From Nemertoderma westbladi (taxonomy: Eukaryota; Animalia; Xenacoelomorpha), in the NCBI GenBank assembly GCA_032718475.1, contig JAUCBJ010000630.1, positions 56,937 through 120,936 of the forward strand: a stretch of DNA of 64,000 nt, read 5' to 3'. The notes below the pieces were generated by a model. The model was not told the origin of the DNA. It saw only the letters and a list, made by a program, of their open reading frames with translations, and searched no databases. Below are positions 49,601-61,526 of the stretch, piece by piece. Made by a program: the position numbers and the translations under genes. Position 1 is the first letter of the stretch; the number at the start of each line of letters is the position of its first letter.

Positions 49601-50487
49601 CCGGCGACTTCGGTACTTCGACCGCTGTCATGCGTCGACTTGTCCCTTCCTTGCGGTAGACGGCCGCCCTCCGCTTGGGCTGCCGGATCGTCTCTCATTG
49701 GCGAATCCGGCGTCGCAGGTCGGTACCGTCTCGTCGCGGCCTCGCGGATCGTTAGGCTGGTATCGTCCGGGGTCCGCGGCGGTGTCCTCTCTCCCTCTAA
49801 ATCTCGGGGCTCTCCTGAACTCATCTTTACTTTCTCGTCTGCAGTCACAGTTTGTGTTGCGTTGGGAGTTCTTTACTCTGCGGTCACAGTTTATAGTGGT
49901 ACTTGGTATTTTGCACTGTGACGGGATCAAGGCATCCCGACCAATTTGTTAGGCTACGCATCACCGTGCTATTGAGAAAGATAGTAGTTTGTTGTTATCG
50001 CTTTGATATTCGTAATGGATATGTAAATGGATAGTAGATAATAGCCCAGTTGACAGAATAATACAGGAAAAGCAGTATAAATATATGTAATATGTAGTGA
50101 CGGTGACGGTGCAAAATGTCACCTGTCTGCACTGAACTGAATGACTGAGTAAACTGGATAACTGACCGGTAGCAGGATAATATATGTATAATTGCTACAT
50201 TACTTTGGCCTTTGTCCAGTGGATACTTTCCCCGCTCCCATTGGTTGATGACCTACTTCACGCCTCTCACCTCTGTGGGAGTGCTTCCCCCCCACTGTTG
50301 GTTATCTGCCCTCTCGAGGTGGTTTGACCTCTAACCTCCCTTTGTGTGGCTTTTGGGGATTGTGTTATCCCCGTTATTGGGTGTGATACGAGATTGGTTG
50401 TTATCAATCTCGTATCTCCAACATTGCTGAAAAGGCGCCACTGTCCGTACTTATCAGGGTAATGAGGTGGAATTGAATCCGCTCACA
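46627..50487 (-). mobile_element. Older, internally deleted BEL/Pao relative of element 29225-39831
   Basis: ~570-bp LTRs at 46627-47196 and 49917-50487 (multiple mismatches); TSD ATCCG; same hairpin+PPT; homologous Gag N-terminus (LTIREAAT.RYRP.TP). Confidence 0.9.
47950..49230 (+). mobile_element. Gypsy-type 3' remnant (integrase, PPT, LTR 48958-49230) nested in the BEL element
   Basis: RTDGGPQF, SSPYNP..NGHAEAAVK, WRNTP..TGLSPAQIVFG, HRNRRFL; AGAAGGGGGG then TGT...ACA. Confidence 0.8.
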
Positions 50488-50593
50488 ATCCGAAGGGTTA
50501 TAAGTTATCGGCAGTCTAGAAGCCAAATAGATTATTTAACTGCTTTGTTGATTGACTTTATCTGTATACAGTAAGCAGTGAGATGAGACTTCA

Positions 50594-53500
50594 TCCAGCA
50601 CCAACAGATGAAGATACGGGATAAGCGGATATACGACATACTCAGGTCCAAGGCCGTGGTATAGGCTACATAATCTAAGATGTCTACTCCATATCTGACT
50701 TAAACTGGTGTAGAACATTTTCCATAGTAGCATATTTTTATTTATTATATAATTTAAACATGTCATAATATATTATTATAACTTTTGATGGGTACAGCTT
50801 TGCAAAGTCGGCAATAACGTCCAGGTGGGATCGAACTGGTAACCTAGTATCTCTAGTGTAGCCTAATGTATTGTGTGAGTACCGGGCAGGTGGGGGTGGG
50901 GTAGCAAAAGTGCTCATGCTGTGAGCTATGTCCACTTAGTAGGCCAGATTACAGGCTTAGGTGCGTGATTGTAATTACATAAAAGTTATGATGAAATAAT
51001 AGCGCTCCATCGCGTAAAATATGATATCTATTATTTTAAAGAAAAAGTTGCTTGGGGATAAATAATACAACACTGGAGGCCACCAGAAATTGAGAACATT
51101 GCAAAATGCAACAGGTTCTACCGAGATTCGAACTCGGATTGCAGGATTCAGAGTCCTGAGTGCTAGCCATTACACCATAGAACCACCAGGAACCCGCAAT
51201 CGCTATTACTTTATTCAAAAATTGATATATTTATCTGTCATACTGCTATTATAGTAAAGTAAAGTTTTCTTCGGCCGTTGTGCCATGTATTATTACGCAC
51301 AAAGTCTGATAACTTATTTCCAGTGTGGTCAACCAAAACAATAAACGAATTCGTATATGTACAGGTTATAAGACAGAAATAAGCGCTATAAAACACTTAA
51401 TAAAGATAAATTAAAAAATATGACAAATCTTTATATAAAATTCCTATAAAAAGTCGACCGAAAAGTGAAATCCTGGTATTCTTCACATGGGCGACTTAGT
51501 GAATTACCTAATAATACTAGTGTGATATTCCTTTTTTAAATATAAGTATGATACATTAGCTTCCATTGGCCGTAGCATAGGAGTTTAAGCACTTTAACGG
51601 TAAAGGGTAGATTAAATTCGGTTCGATTTTCCAGTCCATCTGTATATTGACAGCCCACTAGCGGTAGATTGGAGAACTAACGATTAGCGTCCCTACAAAG
51701 ACTCATCCTAGGGATGATGGTCTATTACGTATATCTACCAAGTTGCAGCTTGAACGGATAATAAGTTTTAATCCACGAACTGATTTCTAACAAACTAGAT
51801 TACAACAACGCGTTATATTATGGTCTTCCTTGGAAGGTAGTTAAAAAGTTGCAGTATGTCCAGAATTCTGCCGCAGGCCTGCTAACAGGAACACCCAAAA
51901 GAGACCACATTTGTCAAGGCTTTTACGGGAGGCTGACCTGCAGATGAAAATGCGAGTCTGTCTGTAATTCTTATGAGTGTTATCAAGTGCCTTGGGGTAC
52001 CTGCCACACAGCAGGAACACTCACGAATGTATTGGGGTATATATATACAGTACAGGCCACCATAAAACGCAGTTTTGTACAATTGTGAACACATTTTATC
52101 AAATGTGTACCAGTGTATTGTAATGTTGTTGAACGGGACAATTGAACATAATTGAACATAATTGAATTGGCCACAACCAAAATTTTTTCGCCAAAGGATA
52201 CAATTGAATACTTTTGAAACGCTTAGTAATCTGGAAACTCTCTGTAGTTTGCCGCGAACTGTCACTCACTGCAGCTGGAAATGCGATAAGGATTTTGTTT
52301 ACCTTTATAGTGTGCGGTTAATAGTGTCTAGTAGGCAGGCCTATAGTTAGTGATGTTAAGGCATCTTCTGGTGTTTCTCTGTGCCCTCTCGGTGTCAGAC
52401 TAATGGCACGATATCTCCCTGCACTAAATTAATTATTCAATGTTCTAGGGTCCTCCATCCACATACCCATCCACTCCCATACACTCCATGAACCTCCATG
52501 TGGTCTTGTATGTAGTTCTCTCTCTACCAATACAGCCCATGTCCGCAATGTTACGCCCTGGGGGCTCTGTCATCTACCCGATATAAGACATACAGGCGCA
52601 CCGCACACAAAGCCTTTGTCGGTCCCAGCAAGTTAGCCTCCTGCTGTGTGATCTAGAAGATAACTCGCCATTGAATTAGTGTAGTGACCTGCCAATCAGA
52701 TGACTTGAACAAATGTGTTCACATGTGATCACATTGTATGAAATCTACGTGAAACGTGTGTGAACTACGTTCCGCTGAACTGACCCTTCTTAGCGTTCCT
52801 AAATTCAATCTTGCAAGCTATGGTAAACGTTCTTTCACGGTAGCTGCACCAACAATTTGGAACTCACTTCCCATCAACATTCGCCGATCTCCCTCGATAG
52901 AAATATTTAAGAAACTATTAAAGACTCATTTATTCAAAATGGAATTCCAATGATTATAATTACATTTTTTTTTAACATGAATTATAATCTCACGTTTCTC
53001 AAGTGAAATCATGTCTACAGTTGTGTTTTTAATTATGTTTTTAACTCTTTTAATTCAGTTCATACAGTGATTGGTTTTTATTAATTTTAAGATTATGTGT
53101 AACGTGCGCCTTTGACCACAAAGTAAAGGGCGCGATATAAATTTATATATTGATTACGATTATAACAAAACGAAATAAGATAAGCTTTAGTATATACAAT
53201 AGTACAAACAATGCCAAGATTCAAATTAATTTTAATTCTAATTAAAAATGACGGAAATGGGAGAATGTTTTCACTTTCATACATTTCGCCCTTTAGTGGG
53301 AAGAACTGGAACTAGAACTGCATACCGATTAGTGGCGATTACCGACCTCACAAAGACACAGGATATATTCTAGCATATATCTGACAAGTTTGTCCTTGGT
53401 CGCAATACTGTAGGTTGCAAATGTGAAAGTGAAACATTTCCTGAAGACAGACTTGGCTGCTATAGTTCTACACATGCAGACTGGTAGACGTTGACATCAT

Positions 53501-54135
53501 AATACGCTGTACATGTAGCAGTATGAAAGTCGGTAGGCCCTAAAGTGAAACATTTTCTGAATACTGACTCTGTTGCAACACATTCAGGCAGTCAGGCACA
53601 CAAGCAAGGAATTCACTATTGTAGGCAAAACCCATCAGGCATTTACTGTAGTTTTAGTATGATACCGGTACTGGTGGGTCGATAAAGTGAAACTTTCTAA
53701 CTCAGTACCATTCCCCTTTCGAAATGCAGATATCCATTACTGCATTAGGTACCGGTCAGCCGGTAGTACGGCAGTACGGTACCGTAGTGTTTCTCGTATG
53801 GTCTGCCTGTACGGTCTGACAGTAGGTAGATTCGTAAATAACGGTAGTTGGTAGTAGGCCTATAGTTTCATTTATCATAAGTCTGATTTCTAGAATAATG
53901 ACCAGTAGGCCTAAGTCTATAAAATAACATTTTGATTTTTTTTTAATTAGGCCTACCGGTATACAGTAAGCTGAGAGCTAGCTAGATGGGGGTATTAGCA
54001 GATTAGTATACGTTTGAACGACACTAGCCGAACACTCTTGAAATCAGATAAATCATGTTACCGGTACCGGTATAGCGGTATAGGTAGCAGTATTGTGAGC
54101 AATCTTGAGGATTGCACAGGTATTATTTATTAAGT
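50594..54135 (+). repeat. Segmental duplication of ~19613-23545 (incl. 3' end of CNBD2-like exon, tRNA-Gln, L2 remnant)
   Basis: Collinear high identity; continues as 54136-54910 = 39832-41100 and 61020-64000 = 41113-44230. Confidence 0.9.
51113..51184 (-). tRNA. tRNA-Gln(CTG)
   Basis: Identical 72-nt sequence to the other intact copies. Confidence 0.92.
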
Positions 54136-54775
54136 TCTTGGAAGGGAATTTATTATTTTAATATAATCTATATGCCTATTGGATTGCAAGCGTTGTTGCG
54201 ACATGGTTGTACTGTAAATTTCATATGCTGATATGGCGGCCCTGAAAAGAGCCGTTTGGGTTGGTTAGATCATATCGTACAGTTGTTGGACATGAGTGGA
54301 CATTCAGTACTACAGGTAGTAATGCTTGAAATAAGCAAGGATATTACAAGCACAACTTTGGATTGTGCAGCACAACCTGGAAAAGACAAAGACGTAGGGT
54401 TGGTTGCCCATTTGGTTGTAGAGTACGGGAGAGAAGCTCCTCAATATAGCGCAAATTCAATAACACACTCTTCCAGTCTCGATAAGTTTACCGACCTCGA
54501 TGAAATTAAATTCAGCCATGACAGAGACAGAGTAGGCCCAATACAGTAATAGTAGGCCTAGTGCTCTTGTATAAATACAATACAACACAATATAATTAAT
54601 AAAATTAACAATATAAATAACACAATAAACAATAAAAGTAATAGGCCCATTAGTATAAAACAATATCCGCATTATGCTGAAGATGGAGAACAATACTGGA
54701 GGATAATAATATTTTATCAGTTTCTATCAGATTTCAGGCTTGATCAGCTAGTGTCGTTCAAACGTACTAATACCC
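53990..54775. mobile_element. Foldback/MULE-like non-autonomous element with ~130-bp imperfect TIRs
   Basis: GGGTATTAG..TACGTTTGAACGACACTAG..GAAATCAGATA and its reverse complement at ~54660-54775; tagat flanks; paralogs at 23423- and 29118-40980 (the latter split by the BEL insertion). Confidence 0.6.
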
Positions 54776-56450
54776 TAGATAGGCCTAAATATTTTTGTAT
54801 GGTGTATCATACTGTAATAATTTATATTATTGTTTTTTTATTGGTTCGCTGCTCCACGAAAGGCCCACTCATGTTTACATCACCACGTACAGTACAGTAC
54901 CGGTATTTCGGTGTTGTGTGTTACCGCGCACTTTCGATGTTGTGTTCTGTTCATGTTACCGCTCATTTTCGATGTTCTGTTCATGCTACCTCGCACTTTT
55001 GTTCCGATTCCTCGAATAATTATGGTGTTTTTTTTCGTGATTTTTACACCCCATTTGCAGTTGGCTATTATTTATTGCCCGGTTGGGTCATTTTATGGTC
55101 ATTGTTTGAAAGGGTCATTTAAGCTCTAGGAACGGCTTGCTTGAGCACGTGGATGACTTCTGGTACTTGGGATTATGGATTCGAAATTCAGACCTTCCGA
55201 TATGTAAGGGGAAGGCATGGGCGGCGTAAAATAGTCTGTACTTGATTTGGAACTCCAATAGAATAAACCGGAAACTTAAGGTTCGATTATTTATTATGGC
55301 TGTAGTAGTACCAGTACTCTTATCCTCTATGGGAGTCCAAGCTGGGCTCTAACTGCTGCTGAGGACACCAAATCTCTGGATGGCACTTTCTCAAGAATGC
55401 TGTGTTGGGCTCATTGTGTCAAGTACAATGAACACATCTCGAACCGTAGCCTCTATCAGTCTATACAACCTTGGAGGTGTTTCATTAGTCTCCCCTAGCT
55501 TGACACTTGAACAGAACCGCCCCCGCTTTGCAGGACATTGCTTTTGCCGTCAGAACCAGGCAGTGCAATCTTGCGCTTTGGCGCCCTCATTGAGTGAATA
55601 AGCATGGTGGCAGCCCTTGAATTTCGTGAAACGCCTCCTAAAGGACTCTGGCCTTTGAATAATGTGAATAATCTCCTTAAATTCATGGGGGATAGGGAGT
55701 TGTGCGGTGCAACTATGATTGGCATAGCATTCTTAATGCACGCTCAATTGGGCTTGTCAATTGTGGATTGCATGATGGTGAGAATATGTTTTTGTTATGC
55801 TGGCATAGCATCTCAATGTGCAGTTTCAATGCAGCAGACCGATTATAGTAGTAGTTATCCCACCTGACTTTGTCACCTGATCCTATATTCAAATGACTAC
55901 ATAACGGTACAAATGCAATCAACATTTCTGTATTTGTTCTGTTGTTGTTTAAAATAGAGGAAAAATTACAGAAAATATATTGTACAGATATTAAAGTAAA
56001 ATAAAGTGTATTACACAGTAAAATAAACATAAACTTTATGTTGTAGGTGACGTTAGTGAAGTTGTCGACCTACTTACAGACCGACAGACACCGTCCAGAC
56101 CAGACCCGTATGACACCTATCCTACAATTTACTGTGGCTGAAAGCGGCCAATTTTTATTTTGATCAACAATGTTATTTGAATTTCAACCTGGGTTGAAAT
56201 TCGAGAAAAAAAAATTTGATCAAAATAATAATTAAAAAATGTAGTGCCAAGTGAATTATTTTGTCCGCTTTCAGCCAGCCGTATACAATAGCTTAATTTA
56301 GCAAGCTACTACAGTACCTACTGTATCACTGAATATATTATATTCCTTTTGCAGTTTATGTTCTACTTTTAGAATAACAAAAATTCCAACCGTATTGTAA
56401 TAGTATATTGTATTTTTAAATCACTTTATATCATATATTAACTCTTCGAG

Positions 56451-57012
56451 ATGTCAATGGATTCCGAGTTCGATTCCATCCGTCACTATTTCACCGACAA
56501 CGAATGGGAGTTAATGAGCATCTTCGATAGGCGTCGATCATTGGCCTTGAAGGAACAATTCGAGATGCTGACGTCTTTAGGTTTTAACGAACTCAGAGCC
56601 AAGCCAATAGAACCCCCAGATTTTATGAAGGAAAAGACTAATAGAGTGTCTGGGAGGAAAGTTATTCCTGAAGATAAGATAGTTGGTATCGACGACGAAC
56701 CGATGGATGTTTTAGATGAAGACGAAGAAGAAGATGGATCGATCTCTACGGATCACTCCATATTTGAGGATATTATTGTCGATGTTTGTGAGGATGATTC
56801 AGACAAGGAATCCGTGGCCTGTACCAACTCGGATCTGGTACTTCCTTATTATAGAAGGAACGCGACGCAGTCTCCGCCAGGTCCGTATGAATGGTATAGC
56901 GACAGCATCGAGCGTAGCGAGGGAAGTGGCAGTTATCTGAGCGCAGAAGAAAGTTTCGATTTTGACATGAAAGACGTGAATGAAACAGAGTCTATCACTG
57001 GAGAGAATCACG
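56451..57012 (+). CDS. PRDM9: PRDM9-like exon 1: ancestral KRAB-like domain + acidic linker
   Basis: FDSIRHYFTDNEWELMS...EQFEMLTSLG...PPDFM matches the PRDM9/SSX-type KRAB pattern (YF..EEW..M...G....P.FM); putative weak donor G|gtggtt. Confidence 0.7.
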
Positions 57013-57656
57013 GTGGTTGAAAACGGCCATAGTAATTAAATAATTTAGTTTTATATATTTCACCGAGATATATTATTTATCTCAACATAAATTTCACTCG
57101 TTACAGAATCGCGCTAGTTTTTATTGAGGGAAAATTATTGGGGAAATGTCATGGCCAATCACAGTAGGACGGAATCTTCTTAAACATTTTTTCCCGCTAT
57201 ATATTGTGTAAAAAAGCAATACATACCGGTAATTAATAGTTCAAACAGTTATTTATCTATTATATTTCCGGATCGGTAATTAATTACCTTCAGCATTTAT
57301 TAATTAATTTAGCATAATTAATTGGTAAACTCCCCCTTCCACTATTTCTGCCATATACAGTAGTTTGCTGCTATTATTTCCCGTTGTGTTTGTTAATGTT
57401 CTTTAATACCGACAACAATTTACATCCCCCAATTTAAATATCTCGGCGATCCCAAAAATAATTAAATTACTCAAACCGGCACCCAAAATATAATTATTTC
57501 TACCCAATTTTAATTCACTTTCAACCAAAAACGATACTTACCGCACCAAATATGATGTTTCTCCCAATATTTTACGGGAACTTTATTCATTCAATGTCAT
57601 TGATTATTCATTAACCATACAAATGTTTATATTTATAAATGTTCATTCATTTATAT

Positions 57657-58727
57657 TAGGGATGTACCGGATTGACTATTTTCAAGCCGGCCAGGCCGGA
57701 GCCGGATTTGTAAAAAAAATCCGGCCGGAATTCCGGCCAAGCCGGATTTTTTATATATCACCACTTTTTTCCTTGAATCAGCTATATGGTACCTCTATGC
57801 TTGAACAGAACTGGAGGGAGGGAGGGTACCACGTAATTTGGTCCTTTGGGCGTTAGGTACTGCGTCGATAGATAACGTGCTGAGTCAATATCAGCAAGGT
57901 CAAGAATTCAGAAGTAGATTAGTAAGTATATGTCAATTATCCCAACTAAACGGGACGAGAAGAGCGTTTTGCGTTGTTTGGCTGCAAATAAGGAATCATT
58001 TCCTAATTTACAAACACTTGTACATATATTTAGTATCACCAGCGTCTTCAATTTATTCCGAGTGAATATTTGTAGATGCTGGTAATGTATTTGATGAGAA
58101 ACGCTCTCGTCTACTTCCGGATCGTGGAGATAAACTAATATTTTTGTACCATAACCAACGTCGATTTGATATAATGGATTGATTTGATAAATAAAGTGCA
58201 AATTGAAAAATAGAACGAAGAAATAATATGTGTAGTTTTTGTATATACTCTCTGATTTAAATTGGATTTACTAGTTTCTAAATTGCCTGTCGAATATATA
58301 AACTGGTCATTCACGGTGGTAAGCTTAATTAGTATATGGCCATACATGTACTATTTATTATATATTAAGTGTTAGTGAGGCTGAGCCCAACCAAATACAA
58401 ATATTATTTTTAAAAAGTAGTCAGTCAGCTCAGCGAGTAGATAGTCATAAAATAATAGCTCTGCTACAGACTTTATCATTCATAATATGAATGAATATGA
58501 TGCAACTATTAAAATAATTAATTGTATTACATTGTATTTGTATTTGTTTAAATTTGTTTTAATTTAAAGTAAAACTTAGTTTGATGTTTTTTTTTGAAAA
58601 TTTACATTAATTGTAAATTTTGGCAACAATTCGTTGAAATTGAAATCCGGCGAAAAAATTGAAATCCGGTCGGAGCCGGAAGCGGATTTTTTTCTCAAAA
58701 TCCGGCCGGATATCCGGCACATCCATA
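57657..58727 (+). mobile_element. hAT transposon deletion derivative
   Basis: TIRs TAGGGATGT/ACATCCATA, perfect 8-bp TSD ATTTATAT, remnant hATC dimerisation motif YLVSPASSIYSE*IF..AGN...KRSRL.P....LIFL. Confidence 0.85.
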
Positions 58728-59679
58728 ATTTATATATTGTAGTATGCTGACACTGTAACCTAGACTCATTTTTATTAATTTTTAATGATATTTGTTTATT
58801 ATTTTTGTTAGAAAGTACAACCTATATAAACTGTTCCTTTCCCTCAATTGGTAATTTCAAAATGATTTTTCTCGATATGAATTTAATTTGGAGAAATTCA
58901 ACAAAACGATTGTTGCGTTACCTCGAATGATTTTTAACGAGTTCTATCGTGATCAGCGACCTTGAACACATGTATAGCTTCAGAATTGCCAAACCAAAGG
59001 CATTTTGCTATTTTTTACTACTTGTACTTTTCGTTCGGGAGCACCAGAATGGCACCAAAATTTGGTTTTCATTTACCAGCAATATTTATAACTAGTTTTT
59101 TCGTGATTAACGACCTCGAAAACCCGTATACGTTCAGAATTATCAAACCAAACACAACATTTTTTAGTTTGACATTTATTAACTTGTACTTTTCATCCTG
59201 GGGGACCAAAGCACTAACAATGATGGTTGAATCGCCAGAAAATATTTTTAGCATTATCGTGATCAACGATCTTGAAAACTCTTATACCTTGAAAATTGGA
59301 ATTTTTGAGACAAAGATTTAACAATTGTCTAAAATGACCCCCCCCCCCGGGCCAATTACAGTAGCCTACGTACCGGGTAGTAAATTAGCCCGGGCCAGCT
59401 AGGGTTAATAGCCTAAATGAAACTACCTGCTTGCTCAGAGTGGGCGATTACACTAACTTTTATTAACACCGCATGATAATACCAAGTTTGAAACTTCTAG
59501 AGATTTGGTATATTTTGCATCATAAATAAGTTCCCAAAAATAATGTGCATATCTCGAGATATGCTAATATTCATTCAATCAATCAATATATCTATGAATA
59601 ATATTTGAATATGTGACAATATTAATAACCAATTAAAACTTCTATAAATTAGTAATTAATTAAACATGGCCGCTTTCAG

Positions 59680-61526
59680 CCACAGAAGGGAACTTAGTGA
59701 CTTTATCTCCGACCGATATTATCAGGGAAACAGGAGGTGTTAATTCGCCATCGTTTATCGTTCCAACTGATTCCATCGAGGAAATAAAAGGACAGCTGGA
59801 ATGTATTCCCGATGTGAATCGATCTGATACAGCGATCGATCTGTTGGATGACGTCAGTTCCGGTAGACACTCGGATACTGTTGGTCCATCTGTACCGAGT
59901 GCCGAGGAATCGGTTAACGATAAACTCGCTAACAGTTTGGGACGCGTTGGTTCGGGAGCGGGATGGACTTCTAGTGGGGGAAGTCCGGCCTCAGTAGCCG
60001 AGGGAGAAGAAATAGTTGAAGAGATTTCGGGTTCTTCTACAGTTGAGTCGGATTTAAATGTCATAGTCTCTCCTAAATCGTCGGCTCCTTTCGCACCCCG
60101 ATGTGGTTTACGTCCCAGAAAGGAGGTCGATTACGCCAACCGCAACTGCCCAATAAAATCATTCAACAACTTTATTTTCTGCGACCATTGCAGCGAGGAA
60201 TATAGTGACTTACAGTGTCCGGTACACGGCGAGTTTAACTTCGTACCGAATACCGAAACCACTCGCGGAGGAAGGAACTGGGGCAGCAGAACAATTCCCT
60301 CGTGTTTGGAGATAAAGAAATCTCCGATTCATAATAAAGGAGTGTTTACAAAGGTCGAATTGAATCCGGGAACATTATTTGGCCCTTATGGCGGAGAGAG
60401 GAAACCTGGTAAACCTAAACCCGGCAAGTCTGACGGTTACAGCTGGTTGATGTTGGACGGTGTGGGTAAATTCTTTACTGTCAGCGGGAGATGGGAGTAC
60501 AAGTCTAATTGGATGCGCTTCGTAAACTGCGCCAAATGGGAGGAGGAACAAACAGTTTGTGCTTTCCAGTTCAGAGAGGATATGTATTATCGGGTCTGTA
60601 AACCAGTTGCTGCCGGTACGGAACTCCTTGTTTGGTACGGAACGGAATACGCGGAGGAATTGGGATTAATTACCAAACAACCGAAGAATAAGAAATTGGG
60701 GATGAGAGTTTTGGAAGACGGGATGATTCTGTGTACCGGGTGTGGAAGTTACCGGTCCGATAATCAGGAGGCAATTCTTAGACACCAAAGTAGTCGAGGT
60801 GGATGTGCTGAGAGAAGGAGATTAGATTTAGTTCACGATAAGAGTTTACCTAAATTCCCCTGCGAACATTGCGACATCGTCTACACCGTGGAATCTTTTC
60901 TCGTTTCCCATTTAAAACGGAAACACAATGAACCCGGTTCTACTCCAACAGGTTCGGGTTCCAACGTTCCTACTGGTCCCAAGAAACGTTCCAGTTCAGA
61001 TAAACCTGTTGATAGTTTGGGATGTAGTTCCTGTGGGAAAGTGTTTGGATGTAAATCCAAACTAATGGAGCACGAACGGGTTCACTCTGGTGAGAAACCG
61101 TTCAGCTGCTCTACATGTAGTAAAGCTTTCAGCCAACAGTCCAATCTAACACGTCACCAACGCACTCACTCTGGTGAGAAACCGTTCAGCTGCTCTACAT
61201 GTAGTAAAGGTTTCAGCCAACAGTCCAATCTAACAACCCACCGACGCACTCACTCTGGTGAGAAACCGTTCCAATGTATTATGTGCAACAAAGCTTTCTC
61301 AGAGAACGCCCATCTAATAAAACACAATCGTACTCACACTGGAGATAAACCCTACAGTTGTAACGTCTGTAGTAAATCATTCACCAACAGTTCCCATCTT
61401 ACAACCCACCAACGCATCCACACAGGAGATAAACCCTACATCTGTGATACTTGTGGTAAAGCGTTCTCCCAAACATCGAGTCTATCGAACCATAAACGCA
61501 ACCACCACAGCGTGAAGAATCAGTAA
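59680..61526 (+). CDS. PRDM9: PRDM9-like exon 2: SSXRD, zinc knuckle, PR/SET, post-SET finger, 6 tandem C2H2 fingers
   Basis: LRPRKEVDY (SSXRD), CDHC..CPVHG, FGPYGG, NWMRFVNCA..EEQ...FQ....YYR......GTELLVWYG.EY.EELG; acceptor ctttcag|CC is phase-compatible with exon 1. Confidence 0.85.

Noticed and set aside
51912-52755. Insertion in the duplicated L2 remnant as a solo LTR
   Set aside because: Starts with TGTCA but no matching CA end or TSD could be identified; left unclassified
58755-59410. Possible piggyBac-like MITE within the PRDM9 intron
   Set aside because: Right end CTAGGGTTAA fits, but the left end is too degenerate to support a call
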